Shown piece after piece: positions 49,208-59,227 of a stretch of 64,000 nt of DNA. The position numbers and the translations under genes are program-made. The stretch lies in sequence record MN091626.1. One strand, 5' to 3'. The notes beneath the pieces are model-generated. The model was not told the DNA's origin. It was given only the letters and a program-made list of their open reading frames with translations, and did not search any database. The number at the start of each line of letters is the position of its first letter. Positions within the stretch are counted from its first letter, which is position 1.

Positions 49208-50950
49208 ATGTTAGATAAGAATAAAGAAAAGAAGAAATTAGTTTCAAATATTGTAGATGAAGATTCATATAAAGATATAGCTGAATTAACTATTGATACT
49301 ATTTCAAATACGTTAATGAAATCATTAGGTTATTTCGGATCTACAACTATTTTTGATGATGGTATTAGTAGATATGTAACTAAAGACGGTTATAATATCC
49401 TAAAAAATATTAGATTTCAAGATACAATCGCTACAGCTATTTTGAATTTTATTAAAGAAGTATCGTTATCATTAGTTAAATCAGTGGGAGATGGATCAAC
49501 TTCATCAGTAATTAACTCACAAGCTATGTTTAAAGAAATTAATAAAAGACTAAAAGAAAAAGATGATTTAGGTGGATATTCTCGTAAAGAAATTTCTGAT
49601 TCATTAAATAATATGAAAGAATTAATTTCTAAAGAATTAACTTCAAAATCTACTAAAATTGATCAAGATAATTTCCATAAATTAAAAAATATCGCTACAG
49701 TATCTAATAACAATGATGAAAAATTAGGAGAAATGGTTTATGAAATTTTCTCTAAAATTGGTAATAAAGGTTTTATATTCCCTGAAGTTTCTGATAATGA
49801 AGAAGACCATTATTCATTAACTAGAGGTATTGAAACACCACATGCATTATTAGATAATAAATTAATTAATAATAAAGATGATCATTCAGTTGATTTTAGT
49901 AAACCTTATGTAGTTGTTGTTAATGATAAACTAACTGAAGAAGATATTGTATGGACATCAAATATTATTTCTAAAATTAAACCTTTCTCAGGACAAGGAT
50001 TAATATTCTTTGCTCCAGCTTTTTCTAAAGAGTTTAAAGATTATATTAAAAATAATTTACATGCTAATAGAAATAATGGTTCATTACAAGCAGTTGAAAC
50101 TGACTTTGAATTATCTATTGGTTCTCATTATCATGATCCAGAAAAATTAGAAGATTTAGCTATATATACAGGTGGATCTATTATTGATAAAACTATGGAA
50201 AAAGAAGATTTCTATAAACAAGTTGAGTCTATTGTAGAACTTCCTGAAAATGACCCAGAATGGTTATTATTTAAAGAAACGGTAATTGGTAGAGCTGAAA
50301 GAATTACTATTGATAATTTTAAAACACAAATTATTAATGGTTACGGTAATGGTACTCAAAAACTTAAAGATAGAATTTCAGAAATTAATAATGAAATAAC
50401 TTATTATACTGATATGAATTCAGATCAAGCTATTACAGCTATTACTGATTTACAAAAACGAGCAAATTCTTTAAATAATGCTATTGCTAAATTATACGTT
50501 GGTGGTTCTTCTCAAGCAGAAAAAACTTCTAGACTATACTTAGTAGAGGATTCAGTACATGCTTCTAAATCTGCTTTAGAATACGGTTATGTATCTGGAG
50601 GTAACTTATCAGTAAATAAAGTTATTAAAAATATCAATAGAGACGTTTTAAGTGATTTAGATAATCTGACATTAGATTTAATTGATATATCTTCAAGAGA
50701 AGTTTATCATAAAGTATTAGAAAACTTTAATAGATTTAGTTCAGGAGAAATTGAATCTATCACTCAAACTTGTATAGATAAAGATGCTATATTGAATATT
50801 AAAAATAATGAATATGAAGATGATGTTAATACAGATATTATCAACTCAGTAGAAACAGATATCAAAATATTAGAAACAACTATTAGTATTATAGGATTGA
50901 TTTCATTAAGTAACCAATTCTTAACTAATTCAGTCATTATTCCACAATAA
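49208..50950 (+). CDS. groEL: Phage chaperonin (GroEL-like)
   Basis: SLGYFGS, TKDGYNIL, VGDGSTS, LYVGG, EDSVHASKSALEYGYVSGG. Confidence 0.9.
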   Translation: MLDKNKEKKKLVSNIVDEDSYKDIAELTIDTISNTLMKSLGYFGSTTIFDDGISRYVTKDGYNILKNIRFQDTIATAILNFIKEVSLSLVKSVGDGSTSSVINSQAMFKEINKRLKEKDDLGGYSRKEISDSLNNMKELISKELTSKSTKIDQDNFHKLKNIATVSNNNDEKLGEMVYEIFSKIGNKGFIFPEVSDNEEDHYSLTRGIETPHALLDNKLINNKDDHSVDFSKPYVVVVNDKLTEEDIVWTSNIISKIKPFSGQGLIFFAPAFSKEFKDYIKNNLHANRNNGSLQAVETDFELSIGSHYHDPEKLEDLAIYTGGSIIDKTMEKEDFYKQVESIVELPENDPEWLLFKETVIGRAERITIDNFKTQIINGYGNGTQKLKDRISEINNEITYYTDMNSDQAITAITDLQKRANSLNNAIAKLYVGGSSQAEKTSRLYLVEDSVHASKSALEYGYVSGGNLSVNKVIKNINRDVLSDLDNLTLDLIDISSREVYHKVLENFNRFSSGEIESITQTCIDKDAILNIKNNEYEDDVNTDIINSVETDIKILETTISIIGLISLSNQFLTNSVIIPQ

Positions 50951-50958
50951 AACTTATT

Positions 50959-50990
50959 GCCGAAACCATTTGAACATTAATGGTTTCGGC
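50959..50990 (+). terminator. Rho-independent terminator
   Basis: GCCGAAACCATT/AATGGTTTCGGC plus T tract. Confidence 0.75.
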
Positions 50991-51119
50991 TTATTTTTGT
51001 GAATATAATTATCTTAATAATCTTTTTTACAAAATTAGATTTTTATGATTTTTTATTTGCTTTTTTGCTAATTTTTTGTTATAATTAAAAATATATTAAG
51101 CAGGAGGAATTATATAAAA

Positions 51120-51893
51120 TTGACTAATTTTACAGCTTCTCAATTTCTCAAAAACCCTACAGGAAAAGGTTCAGCTACAGTAGCTAGACGTGATAGAATC
51201 ATATTAGATATGAGAACTAGATTTTCTTATCTTTATAAAAAGAATAGAAAGAATTTTAAATTAAAAATATTCTTATATCAAGATAAATACTATTTCTATT
51301 TCCAAATACCTTCAGAAGATTATTTTAAAGAGAATCTATCTTATGATGTTATTATTGAATTTAGACCACCTAATGAAAGAGCAGCTAAAGCAAAAGATCT
51401 TAATAATTACTTAATAAGATTTATTAGTAATTCACCTAACTTTATGTTCACATATGGTTATTTATATAATAAAGATGATTTACTAATAAGTTGGTTAAGT
51501 TATAAATTAGGACCTAAAGCTTTAAATCAACCTCCAGAAGTTAGAAACCCTAGACTTGAATATGGTTTTGAGAAATCAGTTTATTTTGCACTTTTGTATT
51601 TAGAGACTAACCCTAAAGCATTAAAAAATCCGCTTCATTTGACATTACCTAACAGACAAAGAATTAAAAGTTCTTTCAAATCTTCAGAATTAAAATTACG
51701 TGAATACAATAAGATTAAAAAACAGAAAAATGCTTCTAAGAAAAACTCATCAGGTATTAAAAGACAAATAAGTAATCGTGTCGATAAAAGAAATGAAGAA
51801 AAGAAAAGAGTAACTAAACCTATTAATAGAAAAGTTAAACCTATAGGTAAGGTTAAAAAAGTTAAGAAGACTAACTCTATAAAACGAAAATGA
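51120..51893 (+). CDS. Hypothetical protein with basic C-terminus
   Basis: AGGAGG SD, 257 aa, K/R-rich tail. Confidence 0.75.
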   Translation: MTNFTASQFLKNPTGKGSATVARRDRIILDMRTRFSYLYKKNRKNFKLKIFLYQDKYYFYFQIPSEDYFKENLSYDVIIEFRPPNERAAKAKDLNNYLIRFISNSPNFMFTYGYLYNKDDLLISWLSYKLGPKALNQPPEVRNPRLEYGFEKSVYFALLYLETNPKALKNPLHLTLPNRQRIKSSFKSSELKLREYNKIKKQKNASKKNSSGIKRQISNRVDKRNEEKKRVTKPINRKVKPIGKVKKVKKTNSIKRK

Positions 51894-51899
51894 TTTATT

Positions 51900-51913
51900 A
51901 AATATATATTATA
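51900..51913 (+). promoter_or_regulatory. Putative early promoter
   Basis: AAATATATATTATA. Confidence 0.6.
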
Positions 51914-51969
51914 TAAATGATAAATAATACTTATTTATCATAATTATTATTTAAGGAGAGTGCCTGATA

Positions 51970-53703
51970 TTGGATAAAGTTAAAGAATTAGAGTACAAAG
52001 AGGATTTAGATTTAAAAAAGATTGATGAATTAGTTAATAATGACGTGGAAGTACCCCTATTATCTAGTAATGTCAATAAGCTTAAAAGAGTCTCTGGTAA
52101 TTTTGAATTAACTAATGAATACATTAATTCTAAAGACTTAGATACACTTGAAAGAAAAAATAAAAATGGTAAAATTGAATTGGAGTACATACAGAGAACA
52201 GATATTCTACCATTAGTTAAATTTATTGAAAGTGAAAAGAATGATACTATATTTATAGATTTCAATAAGATATTAGAAACTGATAATCGTAAAGTACCTA
52301 AGGATGAAGAGTTTGATAATATATTTACTATTCAAATTAAACAAAGATCTTACAAGAGTATTTTAGATTATATTGTAAATGATATGAATTTTATAGTTAA
52401 TGAGATTCCTCACATAATGATTAAAGGTGCTACTATATTAAGTAAGATAGCTAAATTAAGAGAGAATTATAAAGAAGAAGATTTCTTCAGAGATATTCAG
52501 AATATTATTGAAGATGAAGATTTAAGAAATGTTATTAGAAATATTGTTGATAATAACTATACAATTAATTTAGATCAAACTAATGCTGAAGCTATGTTAC
52601 AAAGTAAGAAAGTTATTAAGAGAGATTTACAGGTAACTGACCAAGTAAATAAATCATTCTTATCTACAGCTGTAATGCAAAGATTTATTATTCCGTTTAT
52701 TAGTCAATATTATGTAACTACTAATAAGTATCATTGTGAAAATTCTGATGCAGATAAGGAAAGAACTAAAAACGGTTACTTTAAAGCATTTAATTATTGT
52801 ATGTGTATTTCTTCATTCGATTATAATGTAAGTAATAATAATAAACTTTATAAAATTGTAGAACCTAAAGTAATTAAAACAAAATACAATGATAGAGTTA
52901 TTTGGAGATTCTTAGATTTACGTTCAATTGACCCTGACACTGTTATTAATAAAATAATGGATAAAATCATTAGACAAATTGTATGTAAATTATTAGTAGA
53001 TACTTCTGCAGTATCTTACTTTACGTCTGTTATTAAATTCTCAATCGATTATGAATTCCAGTACAAATATCCAATTAAGTTTAGATCAATACGTCTATCT
53101 ACAGATGATGACGATGATGAAGATAGCTTCGATAAATTCCAAATGAATAACTTCCATAAAGTTAATGAACGTTTAGATTTAGCTAATAAAATCACTATTG
53201 ATAGATTTATTAATGAACGTTTAGAAGAATTAAATATTAGTGATGATTACATTAATCGTTTATATGATAAATTTGATTATATTAATGACTTACAATCTCA
53301 TTTAATTAAAGTTTATTTTGCTGAATACTTTAACGTTAATACAAATGATAGAAAGAGCATTGTTTCATTACTGGCTATTATGTCTAAAGAACTTATTGAT
53401 AATAATATGGAAACTTTAGGAAAAATAGTAGCAAGTAAAGTTGTTTCAGGTACAAAAGCTAAAAATGTAGGCAAATTATCATTAGACGTAATTGCAGATA
53501 AATATTATATTGCTGCTTGGGATAAATATAGATTTATCAATGATATTACTGAAAAAGATAACTTTATCTTACGTATAGCATTAGTAAATGGTTATTCATT
53601 TAACTTTACTCCTGAAGATAAAGAAGAAGATGAAGAAGTTATTGCTGATATTGATAAGAAATACTTTATCTCTGAAGTATCACAATTTATTTCTCAATAC
53701 TAA
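51970..53703 (+). CDS. Candidate sigma-like promoter-specificity subunit of non-virion RNAP
   Basis: SYFTSVIKFSI (sigma 2.3/2.4-like), RLSTDDDDDEDSFDKF (sigma-finger-like); two genes from chaperonin; early promoter. Confidence 0.5.
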   Translation: MDKVKELEYKEDLDLKKIDELVNNDVEVPLLSSNVNKLKRVSGNFELTNEYINSKDLDTLERKNKNGKIELEYIQRTDILPLVKFIESEKNDTIFIDFNKILETDNRKVPKDEEFDNIFTIQIKQRSYKSILDYIVNDMNFIVNEIPHIMIKGATILSKIAKLRENYKEEDFFRDIQNIIEDEDLRNVIRNIVDNNYTINLDQTNAEAMLQSKKVIKRDLQVTDQVNKSFLSTAVMQRFIIPFISQYYVTTNKYHCENSDADKERTKNGYFKAFNYCMCISSFDYNVSNNNKLYKIVEPKVIKTKYNDRVIWRFLDLRSIDPDTVINKIMDKIIRQIVCKLLVDTSAVSYFTSVIKFSIDYEFQYKYPIKFRSIRLSTDDDDDEDSFDKFQMNNFHKVNERLDLANKITIDRFINERLEELNISDDYINRLYDKFDYINDLQSHLIKVYFAEYFNVNTNDRKSIVSLLAIMSKELIDNNMETLGKIVASKVVSGTKAKNVGKLSLDVIADKYYIAAWDKYRFINDITEKDNFILRIALVNGYSFNFTPEDKEEDEEVIADIDKKYFISEVSQFISQY

Positions 53704-53721
53704 AAAAAAAATATTAAAAAT

Positions 53722-53756
53722 TACCCATACACTCTATATTAATGAGTGTATGGGTA
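53722..53756. terminator. Bidirectional terminator
   Basis: TACCCATACACTC/GAGTGTATGGGTA between convergent genes. Confidence 0.75.
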
Positions 53757-53788
53757 TATTATTTCTTTTTTTCGGATCATAGAAAATT

Positions 53789-54949
53789 TTACCTATTTAA
53801 TTCTCCTTCAAATAAATAGTCTATATTAATGTAAGTTCTTTCAAATATTTCTTCATTAAGTCTTTTAATCTCATTAGGATCATTAAAATCTATTATTTGA
53901 GAAGATAATATATTTTGAATTTTACTTCCATCAATTTCATCAACTATATGAGGATGATTGAATAGTTTAAACCTCTTAATTAGTTCTTCTAACTTTTCTT
54001 CTTTTAATTCATTTTCAAATAGCTTTCTTAAAGATGATTCATTATTATATTCTTTTAAAGGAGATAATTTTAAATCAGATATCATTTTATCTAATAATTT
54101 TACAGTTGATACTGGACCATAGCTTGGAATTGATTTATATTCTTGATCTTTATGTTCCATAAATAAGTTATATAAGTCTAAGATATTATAATCTATATTA
54201 ACAAAATCGTTAATATCTTTTTTAGTACTAGAGCTAAATAATTCGTCTTTAATATTCTCTTTAGTTATTACTTTACTCTTTTCTGATCCACGTAGTTCTA
54301 ATAATAATAATCTATCTTTATATTTTAATAACTGTCTATATATTTTATCGTTACTAACTATTAATGAATAATCATCATCATTTTCAATATTAGTTTTAGA
54401 TAATATATAATAAGGTAATATAGTTGGTTCTATTTTATAAGTGTCTATAAAATATGCGTTAGGTATATATTTAACTATAGTTTTAACTAATTCTAAAGTT
54501 GATTTAATAGTCTTATTAGTATCTCTATAAGTTATATTGTCTTTATCCATCTTTTTATAATATTCTTTCTTATACCCTTCATCAATATTAGTATGATATA
54601 TTGACTCTTTATCTGAATAGAATAGGAAGAATCTACTATGCATATTTAATCTACTAGCGAAGAAATGTCTATAATGCCCTATTATATTAACTAATTCAAC
54701 AACTAAATTCAATCTATCTTTAGTTTTTACGTGTGTAAAATTTTCAGCTATTTGAGGTGAATATAATTGTTTAATAACTGAATTTAAATCTACATATATA
54801 GTTACATTATCATTTTTAGTATTACTACCAAATCTACCTCCTTCTACATAAGGTCTAACTAACTCAGTCATTTTGTTATAATTTAATTTTTTAGAGTTTA
54901 TTATACGTTCTATTATACTAATATCCATATGTATTCCACATCCTTTCAT
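53789..54949 (-). CDS. 5'-3' exonuclease / flap endonuclease-like protein
   Basis: IYVDLNS, LIVSND, H3TH-like SIPSYGPVSTVKLL. Confidence 0.6.
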   Translation of the reverse strand: MKGCGIHMDISIIERIINSKKLNYNKMTELVRPYVEGGRFGSNTKNDNVTIYVDLNSVIKQLYSPQIAENFTHVKTKDRLNLVVELVNIIGHYRHFFASRLNMHSRFFLFYSDKESIYHTNIDEGYKKEYYKKMDKDNITYRDTNKTIKSTLELVKTIVKYIPNAYFIDTYKIEPTILPYYILSKTNIENDDDYSLIVSNDKIYRQLLKYKDRLLLLELRGSEKSKVITKENIKDELFSSSTKKDINDFVNIDYNILDLYNLFMEHKDQEYKSIPSYGPVSTVKLLDKMISDLKLSPLKEYNNESSLRKLFENELKEEKLEELIKRFKLFNHPHIVDEIDGSKIQNILSSQIIDFNDPNEIKRLNEEIFERTYINIDYLFEGELNR

Positions 54950-55008
54950 TGTTATAATATATAATTATATATTAATTCGTAATTTTATAAAAATTGATAT
55001 TACCTAGT

Positions 55009-55020
55009 AACATTCACTTA
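55009..55020 (+). promoter_or_regulatory. Putative late promoter AACA-N6-TA
   Basis: AACA-TTCACT-TA. Confidence 0.65.
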
Positions 55021-55055
55021 TAATAATAAGTATCGGGAAGTCGGTGAATTAAAAA

Positions 55056-56330
55056 TTGATAGAAAGCTTGATTACTAAAAAAATATTTAATATAAAATTA
55101 ATAGCATTATATTCAGATGGAACTACTGATGATTTATCTCAATTTATTAAAAGATCTAGAATAGAAATGAACTTCCAAGAATATATTATGCCATACTATA
55201 GATTTATATTAAGATTGCCTAAAGAGACTATAATTAAGATTAATAAAGATAGAGACAAAGTAGTATTTTCTTTTTCTTCAGATATGATTACTACTGATGC
55301 TGAAAGTGAAAGTTTATCTGTCCCTTTTTATGAAGAAATAATATTAAAACCGTTAATGGATTTAAGTAATCCAGTTAATTATGATGATAGAGTGACTAGA
55401 ACTGATGAAGATCAAAAACATTTATTTGATAGATATGAGTTAGTTGCTATATCTGAAGAAACGTTAAAAACTAATAAACCTATAGTTTCAGGTATCTATA
55501 ATAACTGTACTGTCAGTGAAGTAGTCACTGATCTATTAAGTAATTTAAAAAATAGAGAAATATACTTACACGAAATAGATAATAACAAAATATATGAACA
55601 GATTATATTACTTCCTGCAAACGTATATGATAATATAAAATTTATTGATGACGTATACGGTATATATAATAGGGAAATTAAGATGTTTAACCATGAAACA
55701 GGATTAAATATTTTACCAATGTCTGGATTTGATCCTAATGAGATAGGTAAAGTTAAAGTAGAAATAAGATTTCCATCAAATCAAACTGATGAAGAAATCA
55801 TAGAAGGATCTTACGAGCAAATATCTGAGGAAGATGACTTAGTTAGAAATAAAAATATAGTAACAAGAATTAATAATGTATCTCTAGTAGATAATACAAG
55901 ATTATTTAATGAATTAATCGGTTCAGAAATTAATTTATTTGGAATGGATAATGAGACAGAATACACTAAATTAAATACATATCGTAGAGATATGGAAGAT
56001 AGAAATGGACCTATTAATAAAGTTAAAGTATATGACGATATTTATGATAATCCTTATAGTTTAGAAAAAGAATTTAATAATAGTAAAGATATAATATTAA
56101 AGATACAGTTAAATGATATCGATTTGACTATGGAAGATACTTTTAAGCAATTTGATATAGAGTTCTTTAATGAATATTATAAACACTATAACGGTTTTTA
56201 TGAATTATTATCTATTAATCAAGAATATAAAAATGCAAGTAAAGCTTTAGTCTTATCAAACTATGTTACATTAAGAAAGATAACTGATCATACATTTATT
56301 AAGAATGATAAAAATAATCCCAATACCTAA
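55056..56330 (+). CDS. Putative virion structural protein
   Basis: 424 aa, late promoter. Confidence 0.6.
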   Translation: MIESLITKKIFNIKLIALYSDGTTDDLSQFIKRSRIEMNFQEYIMPYYRFILRLPKETIIKINKDRDKVVFSFSSDMITTDAESESLSVPFYEEIILKPLMDLSNPVNYDDRVTRTDEDQKHLFDRYELVAISEETLKTNKPIVSGIYNNCTVSEVVTDLLSNLKNREIYLHEIDNNKIYEQIILLPANVYDNIKFIDDVYGIYNREIKMFNHETGLNILPMSGFDPNEIGKVKVEIRFPSNQTDEEIIEGSYEQISEEDDLVRNKNIVTRINNVSLVDNTRLFNELIGSEINLFGMDNETEYTKLNTYRRDMEDRNGPINKVKVYDDIYDNPYSLEKEFNNSKDIILKIQLNDIDLTMEDTFKQFDIEFFNEYYKHYNGFYELLSINQEYKNASKALVLSNYVTLRKITDHTFIKNDKNNPNT

Positions 56331-56351
56331 ATGAATTATAGGTATTGGGAT
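56317..56351. terminator. Bidirectional terminator, CCCAATACC family
   Basis: ATCCCAATACCTA/TAGGTATTGGGAT overlapping stop of 55056 gene. Confidence 0.7.
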
Positions 56352-56357
56352 AAATTA

Positions 56358-57092
56358 TTAACCGATGTATTTTTGAACATCATTTAATACATCTACATGA
56401 CTCTTCATAGCATTATTAATTACTTTTCTATAAAGTACATTAAGTTTATTAAGGTCATTAACCATTCTTTGGTTTTCTCTTATTTTTTCTTCTTCAATTT
56501 CTTTATTAGCAAATTTAATTGAAGTCTCTGAAGCGGATTTCATTGTATCTGCTGAAATTTTGAATGATTTAGCGAATGATTTAGCTTCATTGAATTGTTC
56601 AAAAGATTTATTAACGATATAATCTAAATCAATAGACATTGTTAATGGTATTTCCAAGTAATGATCGCTTTCTTCTAATTCTTTTTCAAAGTCATAATAT
56701 TTCATTGAGAAACTATCATGACCTGCATAATTTAAAGTATTTTCATATTTTCTTAAATTAGCAGCTTTCCATATACTAAATACTGAAGCTGGACCTGAAA
56801 GTTTACTCATTACGTTATTTATTTGCTCTTTATTCTTTTTAATTTTCTTAAGTGTAGATTTAGTTTTAATTGTAACTCTGTTAAAATTGTTATTAAAGAA
56901 TTTCATAAATTTAACTAATCCATTCTTAATTAATGATAGTATATTTAAGAAAAATTCTTTAACAGTTTGAAAGAAATCTTTAACAGGCGATTCGTTTAGA
57001 GTATTTAATTCATTATTAAACTTTAATGATTCATTTACAATTTCAATTTCTTCCTTTAAGAATTCATTATTATAATCTTTATTTTCTAACAA
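56358..57092 (-). CDS. Putative internal head protein (phiKZ inner-head-like)
   Basis: Acidic propeptide VNES/LNES then FFQTVKEFFLNIL amphipathic helix; resembles 57180 gene. Confidence 0.55.
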   Translation of the reverse strand: MLENKDYNNEFLKEEIEIVNESLKFNNELNTLNESPVKDFFQTVKEFFLNILSLIKNGLVKFMKFFNNNFNRVTIKTKSTLKKIKKNKEQINNVMSKLSGPASVFSIWKAANLRKYENTLNYAGHDSFSMKYYDFEKELEESDHYLEIPLTMSIDLDYIVNKSFEQFNEAKSFAKSFKISADTMKSASETSIKFANKEIEEEKIRENQRMVNDLNKLNVLYRKVINNAMKSHVDVLNDVQKYIG

Positions 57093-57126
57093 GAAGAATC
57101 TTTCTCCTTTCTTTATTAAATAAAAA

Positions 57127-57159
57127 GACCTAATACCCTATTATTAAGAGTATTAGGTC
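57127..57159 (-). terminator. Terminator-like hairpin
   Basis: GACCTAATAC/GTATTAGGTC. Confidence 0.65.
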
Positions 57160-57179
57160 CTATATATTATAGAAATTTA

Positions 57180-57974
57180 TTATTTTTCAGCAGCAGCTTT
57201 TTCTTCTTTTTTACCTGCACTATTAATAGCTTTAGCAGCAGTAAATGCTGTAGCTAATGTTTGGTTAGATAATTTAACAGCTTTAGATACAGCTGTACGA
57301 GCTAATGAATGTGCTTTAGAAGCATTTCCAGCAACACGTTTTTTCTCAGTGATAGCTTCTTTATCACCTTTAGCAGCAGCTGTTACGCCTTCTTTTGCAA
57401 CACGTTGAGCTTCTTTATTAGTTTGGTCTACTACTTTAGCAGCAGCTTTAACTTCACGTACTGAACCTTCAGCAGCTTGAGCAGCTTTAGAAGCATCACT
57501 AATATTAGAAATAGTTCCAGAAACTAAATTCTTTTCATCAGCAACACCTGATTTAGCTCTTTCGAAACCACGATCGAAGTTGTTACCATCTGGTTTAGCT
57601 AATTCGTTTAAGTTTTTCAAAGCAGAAGGTGCTAATAAAGAATAACTTTTAGCTTCTTCAAGTTTAGCAGAAGATTTAACTCCAGCGATATATTTTTTAA
57701 CATTTAAAGTACGAGCTTGTAATTTGTTGAATGCTTCAACGAAGAAAGCAGTGAATTTTTTGAATGCTTCAGCGATAGCTTTAGCGATTTTGATGAAGAA
57801 TTCTTTAGCTTTTTGAGCGTATTCTTTTAATTTGCTAGAACCTTGTTCTTCACCTGCAACATCGTCTTCAGCTTCAGTAAGTACATTAACACTTTCTAGA
57901 ACGAAAAGTTCTGTTTGAGTTGCTTCTAATTCCTCTTGTAGAGAAACAGTTTCAAATGATTGATTTTGTAACAT
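57180..57974 (-). CDS. Putative abundant internal head protein (phiKZ inner-head-like)
   Basis: Acidic propeptide SLQEE/VLES/LTEA, KAKEFFIKIAKAI helix, Ala/Lys-rich body. Confidence 0.65.
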   Translation of the reverse strand: MLQNQSFETVSLQEELEATQTELFVLESVNVLTEAEDDVAGEEQGSSKLKEYAQKAKEFFIKIAKAIAEAFKKFTAFFVEAFNKLQARTLNVKKYIAGVKSSAKLEEAKSYSLLAPSALKNLNELAKPDGNNFDRGFERAKSGVADEKNLVSGTISNISDASKAAQAAEGSVREVKAAAKVVDQTNKEAQRVAKEGVTAAAKGDKEAITEKKRVAGNASKAHSLARTAVSKAVKLSNQTLATAFTAAKAINSAGKKEEKAAAEK

Positions 57975-58018
57975 TATATAATTTCCTCCATTTATTTTAT
58001 AATTTAAATTTTTTAATA

Positions 58019-59050
58019 TCAGAAACTAATATTAAAATCAGTTTCTAATTCTTTTCCTATTTCTGCATCTATTTGTTCTGATTCTGATTTACCTTGAACT
58101 TCAGCTACTCCAGAATCAATATCAATTTTATCAGCTAATTTATTTAAACGTTCAGTAGCTTTATTTTGTTTTTCACGTGATCTATCTGATAAATCATTAT
58201 TTTGTTCACCTTCAATGATTTTAACAGCTTCACGTAAATATTCAGCTATATCTGAACGAGTTTTAATTACTTTAATATAAGCTTGTTTTGTTAAATATAA
58301 AGCTAGCATAGAACCTGCAATAACCATTATAGAAATGCTGCCGTATTTAATAGTTTTTTCTGACATTTTTAAGTATTTATTATCTTTAGCTTTTTTAGCT
58401 AAATCTACTATATCATCAAAACTAAATTCTTCATTAGCACTTACAAAAGAGCCATCAAATTTAAAAATTTCTTTAAGCTTTCCTGCTTTATACATTTTTA
58501 AAACATTTTCCAAAGTATTTACTTCTAAAGAATTTTTATTTTTAAGTTTTTTACCATCAAATTGTAATTTACCATCTTCATTACTAAATCCTAAGAAGAA
58601 TAATTGTGAAGTTAATAACATAACTGTTGATGCTAAAGTAGTATAAACGATTTGACCAACTTCATTACCATTATTAAAACATTTTTTAAAGTTATTTTTT
58701 TCTTTTTCAAGTAAGTTTACAGAATTCTCAATAGTATCAAAAACGGAAATAAGTTTAGGGTCAAAGCTATTAGATTTTTGACTTTTTATGTATTTAAAAG
58801 TCTTTTCAAAATCTTTATAAGCTTTAACCTTTTTAAAATCGCCTTTACTAGAAAGGATCGATTTTAAATTTTTATTTCCAGATTTTTTCAACATTTTTTC
58901 AGATGTTTTAGAGATTGCAACCGAAAGAGCTTCCATTTTTTCTTCTGGTTCTAATCTTTTAAAAGGTCTGAATGGTAAAGAGAATTCCTGTAAAACTCTT
59001 TGTGTCATTGCATCTTCAGTTAGAAGATGTTTTCTTTCAAGAAGTTCCAC
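58019..59050 (-). CDS. Putative head protein
   Basis: 343 aa, late promoter, LLTED motif. Confidence 0.55.
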   Translation of the reverse strand: MELLERKHLLTEDAMTQRVLQEFSLPFRPFKRLEPEEKMEALSVAISKTSEKMLKKSGNKNLKSILSSKGDFKKVKAYKDFEKTFKYIKSQKSNSFDPKLISVFDTIENSVNLLEKEKNNFKKCFNNGNEVGQIVYTTLASTVMLLTSQLFFLGFSNEDGKLQFDGKKLKNKNSLEVNTLENVLKMYKAGKLKEIFKFDGSFVSANEEFSFDDIVDLAKKAKDNKYLKMSEKTIKYGSISIMVIAGSMLALYLTKQAYIKVIKTRSDIAEYLREAVKIIEGEQNNDLSDRSREKQNKATERLNKLADKIDIDSGVAEVQGKSESEQIDAEIGKELETDFNISF

Positions 59051-59145
59051 AGGGAATCTCCACTTCCTTTCTAGGAGTTAATCCAAATATAATAAAATAA
59101 TAAATGAAACCTACACGCTAATATAAATTTTCATTTTATATTTTA

Positions 59146-59157
59146 TAAATTTTTGTT
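59146..59157 (-). promoter_or_regulatory. Putative late promoter AACA-N6-TA
   Basis: AACA-AAAATT-TA. Confidence 0.6.
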
Positions 59158-59227
59158 CTAAATATAATTTCATTAATTTATTCAAATTAAGAAATATATC
59201 TTATTATATAATAACTGTTTCTATTAA

